The notes under the pieces were generated by a model, which saw only the letters and a list, made by a program, of their open reading frames with translations, did no database searches and was not told the origin of the DNA. The position numbers and the translations under genes are program-made. A DNA stretch of 61,838 nucleotides, counting the filler, from Circinaria calcarea (taxonomy: Eukaryota): the NCBI GenBank assembly GCA_051942165.1. It is 2 parts of 2 records of this genome, joined end to end, with 100 filler letters (N's around TTAATTAATTAA, not from the genome) between each part and the next. Parts side by side here need not be neighbours in the genome. Positions count along the whole stretch, not along the records: positions 1 to 31,086 come from JAVECS010000042.1; 1 more part is not named here. One strand, given 5' to 3'. Below, one piece after another: positions 10,301-21,439 of this stretch. Every line of letters begins with the position of its first letter. Within the stretch, counting starts at the first letter, position 1.

Positions 10301-10941
10301 TTCAGGTCTCCGTGGACGATATTGCAGCTGTGAACATGGCGAAGACCTTCAGCTATATCTAAACACAGCTGATGCTTGATATCTGTCGATGGAAGCTTTT
10401 GATTTAGAAACGTCTTTAGGGATCCGATGGCTTTCTCAATCATTAATAAGGGACGAAAATCTGAGTTGTAAAACGAAGAATAATCGAAGCCCCATGATTT
10501 GATTTGTATAATGTTGATATGAGATTTTATATCGTCTCGCGCCAGAGCATAGATTTCCCGTTCGAACAACCCAAGGTCGGGTCTCCGTTGCTATATTCAA
10601 TAATATATTAGCTCTTCCGGCGACTTTGCGCACTGGCGTGCCATAAGAGCACCCACCCTTCGGTAAACCATACTGGTCACAATGTCGTGAGCGTCGTCGA
10701 ATATATCAAAGAATCCTCCTGACGCTCTGTATGAGCCCGCTGCGGACAGATTCGCTTCCCTCATGTGCCATGGCCCTGAGATACTGCGCTCCGCGAGCAG
10801 AGCAACTAGTTTTGGTAGGTGAGCCGAGCGAGAGTTTCTGGTTCCTGTTTCTCCCAACAGCGCCTTAGACGCAAGAATCTCATTTGTCGCCAGGGACTGT
10901 TGTGTTCGACGGCCTTCGTCATTTGACGCGTATGTACTCAT
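7332..10941 (-). pseudogene. Protein kinase + Sel1/TPR-like linker + ankyrin-repeat gene with in-frame premature TGA at 7970-7972 (truncated allele or pseudogene)
   Basis: Kinase motifs HGDLKPDNIL, LADFG, GTQGWKPPE and DCYVYG. Many ankyrin repeats (GQTALYKAA, HTSLGMAM, GLNPLHMLA, GNTPLLDAI, GENVFHHAV). Introns at about 10656-10591, 9856-9795, 7611-7562 and 7534-7487. ORFs 7970..9859 and 7607..7909 share a frame and are separated only by one TGA. Confidence 0.7.
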
Positions 10942-11853
10942 GGTGGGTCGCTATATTTCCGTTGCTCTTGAAAGAAATAAATTGGCTGAGTATTAGGGTA
11001 AATGGGGCAGGCACATCTACGGAGTAAGCCAACTGTTTACAGCTAGATTGTATGATGCTTAGCCTCAAATGAGTGCTCCGGATTCTAAACTTATCACGAT
11101 ATGCAGGGACTATGCCGGCGGCTGTGTTACTATGCTTATTGGCTACAGGTAGAAGCCTAGACTGCAGTGTAATTAGAATAGTATCATGCTGCTCTAAGAC
11201 TCTTGTTCAAAGCGGCAATTGCTTTTCTCTGGTGGCGATGAAAATGCCTCCATAACCTTAACCCCTGTGGCTCCGCGTGCGTGCGTTCCTTGAATACAAG
11301 GTTGGGATTGGTCAAGCTAGGCTAACACGGTCTACCAGAACAACAGCTCGAGGAATTGCTTTTGACGCCAAGTCAACAAAGCTAAAATGTCTGCAAAGTA
11401 ACCTCGACCCCGAGCGAGCAGAAGTACTGCTTTGGTATGATACGTAGACCTTTGTGTGATTGGCTATGATAATATTGGGATAAAGGGTCCGAAGATGTTG
11501 GCGGTCCCGCTAACGGATAAATTCCCCGACTTTAAGGTTGGAAAAATGTTTGACCGAAGGGTTTGATTCTCAGCCCTGTCAGCTCCTGACTTGGATTCTC
11601 AGTACGACTCCATCGTTTGACATCATTGGATGCTTACGCCCTCTCCAACTTTTTGCCACCACCACAGGAGAAAAATGTCGTGTCGAAGGGCGTCCATCTT
11701 CCTCCGTCGTCGACATGCTGTGAAGGAATCCTCCATATTGATCGCCCCACGCTATAATCGACCGAGAATTCATCCGAACCCTCTGACGCAACGAGACTCG
11801 ACGGGAAAGCTCCTGACCTGACATGAACTATATATACGCCCTTGGCGCCAAGT

Positions 11854-14211
11854 ATGATTCGCGCAGATGAGCTGCATGGCCGACAGATTTGGGTTATGCC
11901 AACCAGCACGAGCAGCTCCCTGCGTCGGCACTGCACCCCATTTACGCTTCCTTCCAACGGCATCCTCACCATCGACTCCACCTCGGTCATCACTTTGAGT
12001 CAGAATGCCGTCTTTCAACCCGAGTGTACGAAGCCTCCGTCGCCGCTACCGAATGCAACAAGCTCGGAGACAGCCATTTTCAATACTAGAGACCCCTTCT
12101 ACATTTCCATCTCGCCCCAGATTTACGCAACCGCAACCACCACGGTCGTCAGCTACATGCTCGTCATTATGCTGTTCATCACACCGCGGACCTTCTTCAT
12201 CGGAGGGGCGGGGGGAGGAAGCCGATTTCTCGGGCGCCGTGGTTTGATAAGTGGAGCGTCTGGGAGTGCATCTGTTGTCGGTGTTGGGGGGAGACCTTGG
12301 CTGCAAAAGGTTGCGACTCTCACGGTTGCCATATCCTTGACCATTGCGACGGTGGATACCTTCGAGGTCGCTAAAGCGCAGTACGACAAGGGGTATCAAG
12401 ATGCCACCGCTCTCACAGATCGCGTGGTTGGAGGACTTGAGATACGGGTGATAAGAATCATATCCGACACTTTTCTGTGGCTTGCGCAAGTCCAGACTTT
12501 GATCCGACTGTTTCCCAGACACAAAGAAAAGGTCATTATCAAGTGGATTGGATTTGCACTCATTATCCTGGATACCCTCTTTAGTATTCTCAACACGTTT
12601 GTCAGCGACCATGGTAGGGTTCGACCCCGGAGATTCGTCGAAGCGATCCCTGCGGTGAGCTATCTGTTTGAGCTTGCTTTGAGCTTGCTCTATGCCGCAT
12701 GGGTCATATATTATTCCTTTGAAAAACGCCGGTTCGCCTTCTTCCATCCCAAAATGCGAAATATATGTTTGGTGGCAATCTTGTCTCTCTCAGCCGTACT
12801 CGTACCTGTCACTTTCTTTGTACTGGAAATCTCCAAGCCTGATATAGCCAGATGGGGAGATTACGTGCGATGGGTAGGGGCTGCGGCCGCAAGTGTGGTT
12901 GTATGGGAATGGGTTGAAAGAATAGAAGCACTAGAAAGAGATGAGAGAAAGGAGGGCATACTCGGCAGGGAGATTTTCGATGGAGACGAGATGCTTGACC
13001 TAACACCATCATCTGAGGGGAACTGGCCAAGGAATCTGAGAGATCCACGCCGAGGTTCCGGAGGAGACAGGCATATCAATACAACTGGACGGTCTGGTGT
13101 GAGCAAAACTGTCGGCACAGCAGAGCAGACAGCAAGGTCACGTGTCCCGCCAAGATACGTCAAGTACGCCCGCCGTAAAAACGGGGGCATTGGACCCTTG
13201 GATCGTGGAGCTATCATAAGTGGTGCAGTAGATTCGCGGACCTTATCCCATCAGAATCACCCGACGCCACCTTTACCGGTGGCTTCGCCTATAAGTCGAT
13301 CAGACACGACAAGTGCCTCAAGCACCGTTTACGCTGTGCATTATCATACTATCAGCACTTCAACTTCTCCAGGTCCAGATCTATCTAGTATACGTTCGAG
13401 AAGATATATGAACGGTGAGTCTTTCTCGACACCAACGCCCCCGGCGGCGCCATTAATCGCCCCTGGTACCACAAACGGGACGATAGAGCAACACAGCACA
13501 TTGAATACGCCTCCAGTACCATCGAACGTTGAACCGGGACCTCGTTGGCAAAACCTTGTGCACAATCCTTTCAAAAGACAACGGACGACTCCACCTCCAG
13601 AAGTAGCACACGCAACTCAGCGCCTTGCAAATGATTCATCACCTACAGCAGCTCGCCACAAGCATTCTGTCCGAAATACCCGCATGGCTGATCGGCTACG
13701 AGTAAAGAGACGCCCGAGAGCGCCAGACGTGGCCCTACCCGTGGTCACAATCCCAGCTCAGCCACGTGGTAAAACTTACAAGCCTCCAGATCTGTCAACG
13801 GGAACCGCACAAGTTACCCAAAGCGACGAATATGCAGTTAATGGTACTCCGAGTGAACTCATTGAGGATTCTGAACAGGCTCCGTCTTCGTCCCAGCAGA
13901 GACCGTCCCCGTCTTTGGAACTACCTAACAATGAATCAATAGCGACTCAGCGCCGTGATCAGATGGTACCGAGGGTATGTCGACCTCATGATTCCGTACC
14001 CGGGACAGGTACTTTTCATCGGCCATTAGGAGGCGATGTGCCCCCGGCACCAGTGCCTGCTGATATATCTCTTGGAGCAACGGACGAGTTTACAACCAGG
14101 CTGGCTCGCGAATTATCTGACCATCCCGAGCCGGAACATACATACCCAGTCCAGCCGTTGCAGAGGGCACCGAGTACAGATACTGCGTTAGAGTCAAGAA
14201 AACCACCATGA
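11854..14211 (+). CDS. palH: pH-response 7-transmembrane sensor PalH/Rim21
   Basis: RPWLQKVA, WLAQVQTLIRLFPRHKEK and VVWEWVERIEALERDERKEGILGREIFDGDEM motifs. Multiple TM helices followed by a long disordered tail. Single exon. Confidence 0.93.
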   Translation: MIRADELHGRQIWVMPTSTSSSLRRHCTPFTLPSNGILTIDSTSVITLSQNAVFQPECTKPPSPLPNATSSETAIFNTRDPFYISISPQIYATATTTVVSYMLVIMLFITPRTFFIGGAGGGSRFLGRRGLISGASGSASVVGVGGRPWLQKVATLTVAISLTIATVDTFEVAKAQYDKGYQDATALTDRVVGGLEIRVIRIISDTFLWLAQVQTLIRLFPRHKEKVIIKWIGFALIILDTLFSILNTFVSDHGRVRPRRFVEAIPAVSYLFELALSLLYAAWVIYYSFEKRRFAFFHPKMRNICLVAILSLSAVLVPVTFFVLEISKPDIARWGDYVRWVGAAAASVVVWEWVERIEALERDERKEGILGREIFDGDEMLDLTPSSEGNWPRNLRDPRRGSGGDRHINTTGRSGVSKTVGTAEQTARSRVPPRYVKYARRKNGGIGPLDRGAIISGAVDSRTLSHQNHPTPPLPVASPISRSDTTSASSTVYAVHYHTISTSTSPGPDLSSIRSRRYMNGESFSTPTPPAAPLIAPGTTNGTIEQHSTLNTPPVPSNVEPGPRWQNLVHNPFKRQRTTPPPEVAHATQRLANDSSPTAARHKHSVRNTRMADRLRVKRRPRAPDVALPVVTIPAQPRGKTYKPPDLSTGTAQVTQSDEYAVNGTPSELIEDSEQAPSSSQQRPSPSLELPNNESIATQRRDQMVPRVCRPHDSVPGTGTFHRPLGGDVPPAPVPADISLGATDEFTTRLARELSDHPEPEHTYPVQPLQRAPSTDTALESRKPP

Positions 14212-14762
14212 CTCTCAGTACTAATCACCCTCTTTATCTTTCTACGAGTTGTCTGAATTGGGATGCGGAGTAAAGGTTATCAACGATCCTACAAAGTAGA
14301 TGACGATAGGCGGCCAAAGGGATCCGGTGTTGTGGACTATATCGTGTGAATTGATATATATTGGCAATCTAGTTATATTCCCTAGATTACATTAAGCATG
14401 GCCATCGCCTTGCCATCGACTATGTTCATTAGTGTTGGACTCTGGTAGACACGGTGTCCTGTAGAGTGACTGCTCCAGAATCCTCAGTACTACGTCGGCA
14501 TTTCTAGACAAAAGACCTCCGGTCAAACAGAATGAATGAAGTATCCTCGGAGATAAATTGAAAAAAGGTGTGATCCTCCCATGCAGAGACGGGAATTATT
14601 CATTCCCGTTCATCTTGTGTTTTCTAGTCTCACGGCCGGATCATTAAGCCTAAGAAGCGCGATTTAAAGCGTTTGTTCATACACCCTTTTCAAACCAGTG
14701 TCCTTTTTCGTCCCATTTGACTTATGTTTATACCAACTTGGGAGACCAGGTTGTGAGATAAT

Positions 14763-16668
14763 ATGGGCACCATGTTTGACCGGGGAGCTGTCGTCAATGG
14801 CAATGGTTCTGGGCCCGGTGGCCTTCCCCTGCCTTTGAACCTAATCGCAGTGATTATCTCCTATGTATGATAAGATTCAGCTTTCTGACACTGCACTGAG
14901 CTGATAGTGATTCCAGCTTGACGAACCAGGCGATCTTTCGCGCGCATGTCGAACTTGCCGTGTGCTGCACTACATGACTATACCCCAGCTCTACTCGAAT
15001 GTGTCATTGCATTCCTACGACCGTATCCGATATTCACCCTTCGACGGGAGGCCCGAAGGATGCGGTGGGCCGAGTCCTTTCATCATGGCGCTCAATGCCA
15101 TTGTGACAAGGAATGTCGCAGGCTACGTTAAGAGGTTCAGGGTGTACGGGACATGGAAGGAATATGACCTCGAAGAATGTGCAAAGGTTGGAAGACTCTC
15201 CAGCACTCTTTTTGGATAGGCGGATAACATCCGGATCAGGTTGGACGAGTACCAGACGGGAGCATGATGATCAACACGCTAATCCGAGCGGCGATTGATC
15301 GAATGCCTTCATTGGAGAGCTTCAGGTATTTGGAGATGTTACCCTGCAAGCGTTCTGGCTCTGACCTAGGGAATTTTCTAGCTGGGAACTTAACACCAAG
15401 ATGCTGCCAACGGTGTGGATGGGGCTCGCACAACGGCCAAACCTACTGGATCTCACGGTCAAATTCCCTGGGACCCGCTTTCCAAGGCCAACGGTGATTG
15501 TGCCGCCCCTGCCCAAACTTGTCTCCCTGAAACTCACAGACATTGATCCTTTATGTTACCCAGACGATATCTCTCTTCTCCTCTGCGAATCCAAGGCCCT
15601 AAGTCATCTCAAGATGCATTGGAGCCCTCGTATGCGAGAGGCCCGGGAGCCCAGTGTCACTCTATCTTCCTATTTTGGCAGAGCAATTGCGCTAAACTAC
15701 AAGTTGCCTCTGAAGACGTTGGCGTTTCACAACCTATACGCCCAGCACGACTCGGTTGTTCATGATCTTCTCGATCTTACGGTGGAAGAATTCTCAATGA
15801 TTAGCAGTGCGGCCGGTGTTGGCGATTCAGCCGACATGGCATTTATTGACTACAGCTGGAGAACGTCGCCGCCAAAAACCATGCCTCCATTCAAGATGAT
15901 TCGCGGTGATAAGGTTTCTACTACGCACTGCTCGCTCCTAGGTAGGTTGAAAGGCCTGGAGCGATATTATCAGATTACGGGACGTAAACTCAAGCCAATG
16001 GAAATGGACGGCAGTACTGAAAGCACACCTCATTATGCCGATCCACGCCCTGTGCCTGTGGAATCACCTGTTACCCCAGAGACGCCAGCGGACCCCTCCC
16101 TAATTAGTCTTGGCGCGAGTTATCTCGATAACATATGCAACTGTCATGGCTCTACCCTCCGCCATCTCCTCCTTATGCCTCAATGGCGTTTGTCATCTGA
16201 AGAGCTTGCGCGCCTTGTCCGTAGCTGCCCACTGCTGGAACAGCTGGTACGTTCCAGGTTCCCATACCGTTGATTCCATGACGAATTAGACTGTGCTAAC
16301 CCAGCCATAAGGGTTTCGGGCTCGACTTTTCGAGTTTTAATATTTTTCGGCTCTTAATACCATTTCTGCCACAGCTTCACGCCATTAGAATTCTGGACCA
16401 GCCTCACGAAAGCGGCCTGTCGGACAAGATTTTGGAGAAAGGCGTCCAGTATGAAGAGTGCATGCTCGGCAAAGAGGCGTGGAAGCGTAACTGGACGCGT
16501 TTGAAATGGGTTGGCGTAGGAGACTTTGTATTCGAGGTACACGGGAGTGAGGTCATAACGGAAACCGCCGAGGATGGATCCATACAAAGTCGAAGGAAGG
16601 TGCTGCGACGACCCCTAGACGCCGTGAAAGATGTCGAGATTTGGAGCATGGACCGTCTGGAAATCTGA
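14763..16668 (+). CDS. F-box domain protein with LRR-like C-terminus (multi-exon)
   Basis: The spliced N-terminus LPLPLNLIAVIISY|LDEPGDLSRACRTCRVLHYMTIPQLY is an F-box. Leu-rich segments follow downstream, with several short GT-AG introns. Confidence 0.8.
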
Positions 16669-17030
16669 CAGGCTCGCCGCGGATTTCGAGCGTTGGGGCA
16701 GATGTCTCAACATACAGGGCGGTAGATTATTTCATGTCACCAGGCACATCTGGGGAAGCATCTCCGACCAAGAGGAACGAAAGAACGCGGGCGCACGACA
16801 TAGGCACGAGCGACATAGCTGCAGGCGGTTTCCTAGCACGCCGTACGCGCACCGGACCTGAAGTGCGGCACCCCGCAGCTAACACCCCTTGTCGAAATTA
16901 AACATCACACGCCAATTACGATGTCGCAAGCTTCTTGTTATTTATGATTCCGTTCCGCTGCTATTCGTGCTTTTTACACTCTAGGCTCCTTGATCTAGTC
17001 TTCAAGCTAAAAAAATTAAAACTCTTTCAA

Positions 17031-19461
17031 ATGGAAATCGAAGGGGAAAAAACTCAAAACGGCTCGGGCCAGCAAGCTTCGAAAGCGAAACCATGGTCAA
17101 CGTCCGTCGAGTCCGAATGCGGTCGTGAGCCAAAACATGCCTTCGACTCTTACTATTCCGAAAAGGGATCAAGTGCTATTCCCATCTTCCGCACAGCTTC
17201 TTCCTCTTGGCGTCCAAGGCTACTATTCGGCGCGTTCTGCGTGCTGAGTTGGTATACCGTGGTGTCCCTTTACAACAACTCAGGTTTGCCAAGTTACCAC
17301 CTCCTAAGAGAGGGAGACATCCAACCTCGTGCCACTTTATCTTATCGCGCCCCGAATTCAACCTCACCTACTGAGCGTAAAGCAAAAGCCTTCGTGCCTA
17401 CCAAAAGCTTTTACTAATCTCAATGCCAGTCGCCCCTTTCCTCTTGCGACCCCTCGCCCTTGGCTCGATCAAGCCCCAAGGATGGCTTCGAGACCAAATG
17501 GTTCTTATGGCCGATGGCCTTGCTGGACATGAATTTGAGTTCTACGAAATGGTACATGACTCTCCTTGGCTTGGTGGGAAATCCGAGTACTCCCCTCTGA
17601 ATGAAGGTTTCCCCTATTGGTTCAATGGGCTTGTGCCGTTGGCCTACGGACTGGATGATCCTCGACTGAAAATGCAAGTTCGAGATGGTGTTGACTACGT
17701 CTTGGCTCACCAACAGCCTGATGGATGGCTCGGTCCTGAAACGGACTTGGCTTCCAGGGATATCTGGGGTCGATTCCCTCTCTTCCTAGGCCTAATTCAG
17801 CTCATAGAGGCAGACTCGTCCATGGGACCTAGGCTTATCCCAGCAATGTACAAGTTTGTCGATCTGATGCTATCGTTGCTCAGAAAGGGTCAAGGTACAA
17901 AGGAAATCTGGGGTCGTGCTCGCTATGCAGATATGGTCATCTCTTTGCAATGGCTATACGAGAACTATCCTGAATCCAGAGAGAATGACTTGTTGGAGAA
18001 CATGCATCTTCTAAAGGACCATGGTTTGGATTGGGCTAATTACTACGATGAAAGAAACTTCATCTTCAACGATCTCGATACTGTTGATCTTGCTATTACC
18101 GAGGCTGCTTTTGGTTTCGTGCACGCTGTGAATGCCGGGCAGGGGCTCAAGACGGGTGCGGTTGATTATAGATTTACACGAAACCAATCCTTACTTGAGA
18201 GCACTCGCAACGGTGTGAAAAATACCTTTCTCTACCATGGGGCTGCCTCGGGAACCATAATTGGTGACGAGAGAGAATCCGGTCTAGCGCCAAATCGAGG
18301 TTCGGAACTTTGCACAGCCGTGGAAGCCATGTACTCTCTGTCATATCTTTATCAGATGCTTGGCGACAATTCTTTCGCTGATCGTTCGGAATTGGCTGCG
18401 TTTAATGCACTACCGGTAATGCTTACACCTGATATTTGGGCCCGCCAATACATTGCCCAGCCAAACCAGCCTTGGAGTCGCAAAGTTGACTCAGCAGGTT
18501 TGTTTTGGAATGTCGGAGATGAGGGAATAACATACGGTCTCGGTATATATGAGTTGTATCCCCTTGTATGGTACTATAAGCTGATTGTTGCTCAGCACCA
18601 AACTACCCATGTTGCACAGTCAATTTTCCACAAGGATTACCCAAATTCATAGCTGCGTCGTTTGTTACTGTGGGGGAGGATGGTGTCGGGCATGCGCTTC
18701 TGGGACCGGCCGATATTTCAACGACCTTACCCAATGGAGCACTGATCAATGCCAGCTGTGACACCCAATACCCGTTCGGAGATGATCTACATTATACCGT
18801 TAAATCGACCGCTCCTTTCAAATTCTATACTCGGATTCCGCAGTGGAACTCGAACAACCCCGTTACAGTTCTCATTAACGGCCAACCCAGTGAAGCACAG
18901 ATACCAGATCCCCACACCGGAATGATATCTATGGCCTTACCTCAAGGCAACAACCTAATCTCATTGACACTAAACCCCAGCATCCACATCGAACCCCGTG
19001 CCAACTCCACGGTCTCCATCTATCACGGCTCCCTCCTTTACGCTCTCGACGTCGGTCAATCCATGCAAGTGGCCTCCAATAACTATCACCGCCGAGCCGA
19101 TCCTGTCCCCATCCCCCCTCAATCCCACAGCTACACCATCACCAACACCCTACCCTGGAACATCGCCATCGATCCCTCCACGCTGACCTTTCATACAAAC
19201 TCCAGCGCAACGGATCTGCCTAATCCCATTTTTGGATACCAAGCCCCGCCGGGTTGGATCACCGCCAAAGGATGTCAGATCGAGTGGCCGGTAGATCATG
19301 GCGTTCCGGCGCGTGTACCGTTGCCCGGGAATCGGCCCTGTGTGAGTGCGGTGCAGGAGGTGGTGTTGCGGCCGTATGGGAGTTTGAAGGTGCATATGGC
19401 CGAGTTGCCGACTGTGGAGTTGAATATCAGTAGGGGGGCAGGGACTGGGCGAGGGGGTTAG
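17031..19461 (+). CDS. GH127-like (DUF1680, beta-L-arabinofuranosidase-type) glycoside hydrolase with N-terminal membrane anchor, 3 exons
   Basis: LGSIKPQGWL, EGFPYWFNG, GSELCTAVE, spliced PNYPCCTVN and TQYPF motifs. Introns at about 17377-17429 and 18543-18595. A hydrophobic segment (LLFGAFCVLSWYTVVSLY) follows a roughly 60-aa polar N-terminus. Confidence 0.8.
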
Positions 19462-19838
19462 TATGGTAGGCTAGACATAATTCTGTATGAGTCATGGGCG
19501 GGTTGAAAGATTTGAGATCAGATGTAATATTCCAGTGTCATAGCATATTCGATGACCGGGGCTTTTGAGAACGAAGCAATCATACATTCCTGGAATGCAT
19601 GCAGTCCGGGGGGGGTGAAATTTCCCATTTCCTAGCGTTCCCATGATTCCATCTTTTTTGGTCTCTGTAAAGCTAACGAGAAATGGAGAATCCTCAATGG
19701 AAAAACTACCTACGTCTCCCGTCCTCCCCCCCGCAAACCGGTTGAAACGACCAATCTACCCTGTCTCCCTCACGTACCCTTATGGAACCGAGCCGGGGTT
19801 TCCCAAAGCCAGGCGGGTATGCATACACTTGTCTGTTT

Positions 19839-20176
19839 TCAATTCTCATGACGCAGGTCTCGTTGTGACTGCCCTATTTTTGGGAGAATGAAGGCGGCAT
19901 TCTCGTCCATGCAGACATCCTTGCGGGCCATGACATACTGCTGCGCCTCCTCCTCCACAGATGGCTTTGGGCCGTGGGCGATGGTGGTAGTTTCCGGCTT
20001 GGACCAGGCACCGGAACGGTGGCCGATCTTGATGTCCGAGTACGGCTGGGTCGTGGTGCCTTTGAGAGCACCCATGTCGGTCAGAGTCTGGTGGACGTGG
20101 TCATGGCAATACATTTGGAAGTCGGGGAATGCTATCAAATACGGTCAACGGCTGTCGACTTTCCCGGGGGGGACGG

Positions 20177-20228
<52 letters not shown>

Positions 20229-20936
20229 CCCCCACAGTGTGTTCCGCCCGTATGGCAGCTGTACAGCGTCCAGTAAATGTCGGTCTGGTGGTCGCCGGCA
20301 GCGCGGGCCTCGAACCTCTCCCACTCGCCCTCGAACCGGCCGGGTGCTTTTTGGAAGTCCATGGGGACTGAATCTCTTGTTAGTTTCGAGTCCTCTGGAT
20401 GCAAATGCCGAACCGACCGTTCTTCAGCTCGAACGCCCAGGTAAAGGAACCATCGTCCTCGGTGGTGTACTCGGTGATCTGACTGACGTTAGTGAGGCCT
20501 TTACAAATTGGGGCTTCTGCGGAAACGTTTGACCTCCTCGAGCCAGTCGAAGGTGCCGACGTCGAGCGGAACGGTGGTGAGGCGGAAAGAGCCAACGGTG
20601 TTGTCAGGGCCAATGGTCTGCTTGAGCTTCTGGGGCACCCAGCTCAAGTCGGAGACTGAGATTTCCGCGTCAGGAGGGGGGAAGATGCAACCCATCGCCG
20701 GCGGAGTTACAGTTGCCTGTGAGGTTGCGGACCGACCAAGCGTTCGCGCCCCATGAGAAGTACGTCTGCACGTACACGTACGAAGTACCCTTCGGACAGC
20801 TGCAGGGCTGAAGAGCCCCCACGCCACACGGGGGGATGTCGGCCTCTGAGCTGACAGCAGCAACAGCTACGGGAGGGGGTACGACCCATGCTACTGCAAT
20901 GAACAGGAAGAGAGCACTCACAGCACCGAACTTCAT
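19839..20936 (-). CDS. Secreted Cys-containing protein, probable SRPBCC/Bet v1-like fold (about 5 exons)
   Basis: Signal peptide MKFGAVSALFLFIAVAW, then CGVGALQPCSCPKG. GPDNTVGSFRLT...VGTFDWLEE|ITEY resembles polyketide-cyclase/SRPBCC proteins. Exon pieces lie in different ORF-track frames joined by short introns. Confidence 0.6.
20181..20228. repeat. (GA)n microsatellite inside an intron
   Basis: About 48 nt of nearly pure AG dinucleotide. Confidence 0.95.
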
Positions 20937-21439
20937 CTTTGCGGTCGAATGTCTGTACTGAGCGGGAGAAGACGTCGTTTTGAGGATTGAGACTATCGGA
21001 TCTGGAGAGAGACACGGGTTCAACAAGCAGCGCCTGTGGTTAACATATACCACTCCTTTGGCGACCAAAACTCCTGTGTACGCCGGCCCCGACTGCGCGG
21101 CGGAAACGGGCCCCGGCACCCATACGCAATTCCATATCGTGAGCATGCCGGTGCGGGCCCGACTCGGGATCCAGTGATGAATATGCAACCAAAAAGTGCC
21201 AAGGGATTCGGGGCATCTTTGCCCCGATATCTACTGTGGTACTGGTATTCGAGGGTCCGTGCCCTGCGCGGACCGCCACACCCGACAAATGGACTCGGTA
21301 GGATCATCCCGCAGCGGATTATCCATTATTGGTACTCCGTCCAGCGTCGAAATCGGGCCTTGCCGGACATTGATCGGACTTGTTTCACCGTACTGCCGAG
21401 ATCTTGCGTCTGCATTGCGATAAGGCCTCGTTCATCCAA

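Noticed and set aside
10591..10599. Apparent premature stops (TGA, TAG) in the kinase N-lobe
   Set aside because: They fall inside a plausible 66-nt intron (GTGGGT...GCTAAT...TAG), so they are not counted as lesions.
19888..20532. Plus-strand ORFs containing ERERERE runs
   Set aside because: These are translations of an intronic (GA)n microsatellite, antisense to the secreted-protein gene.
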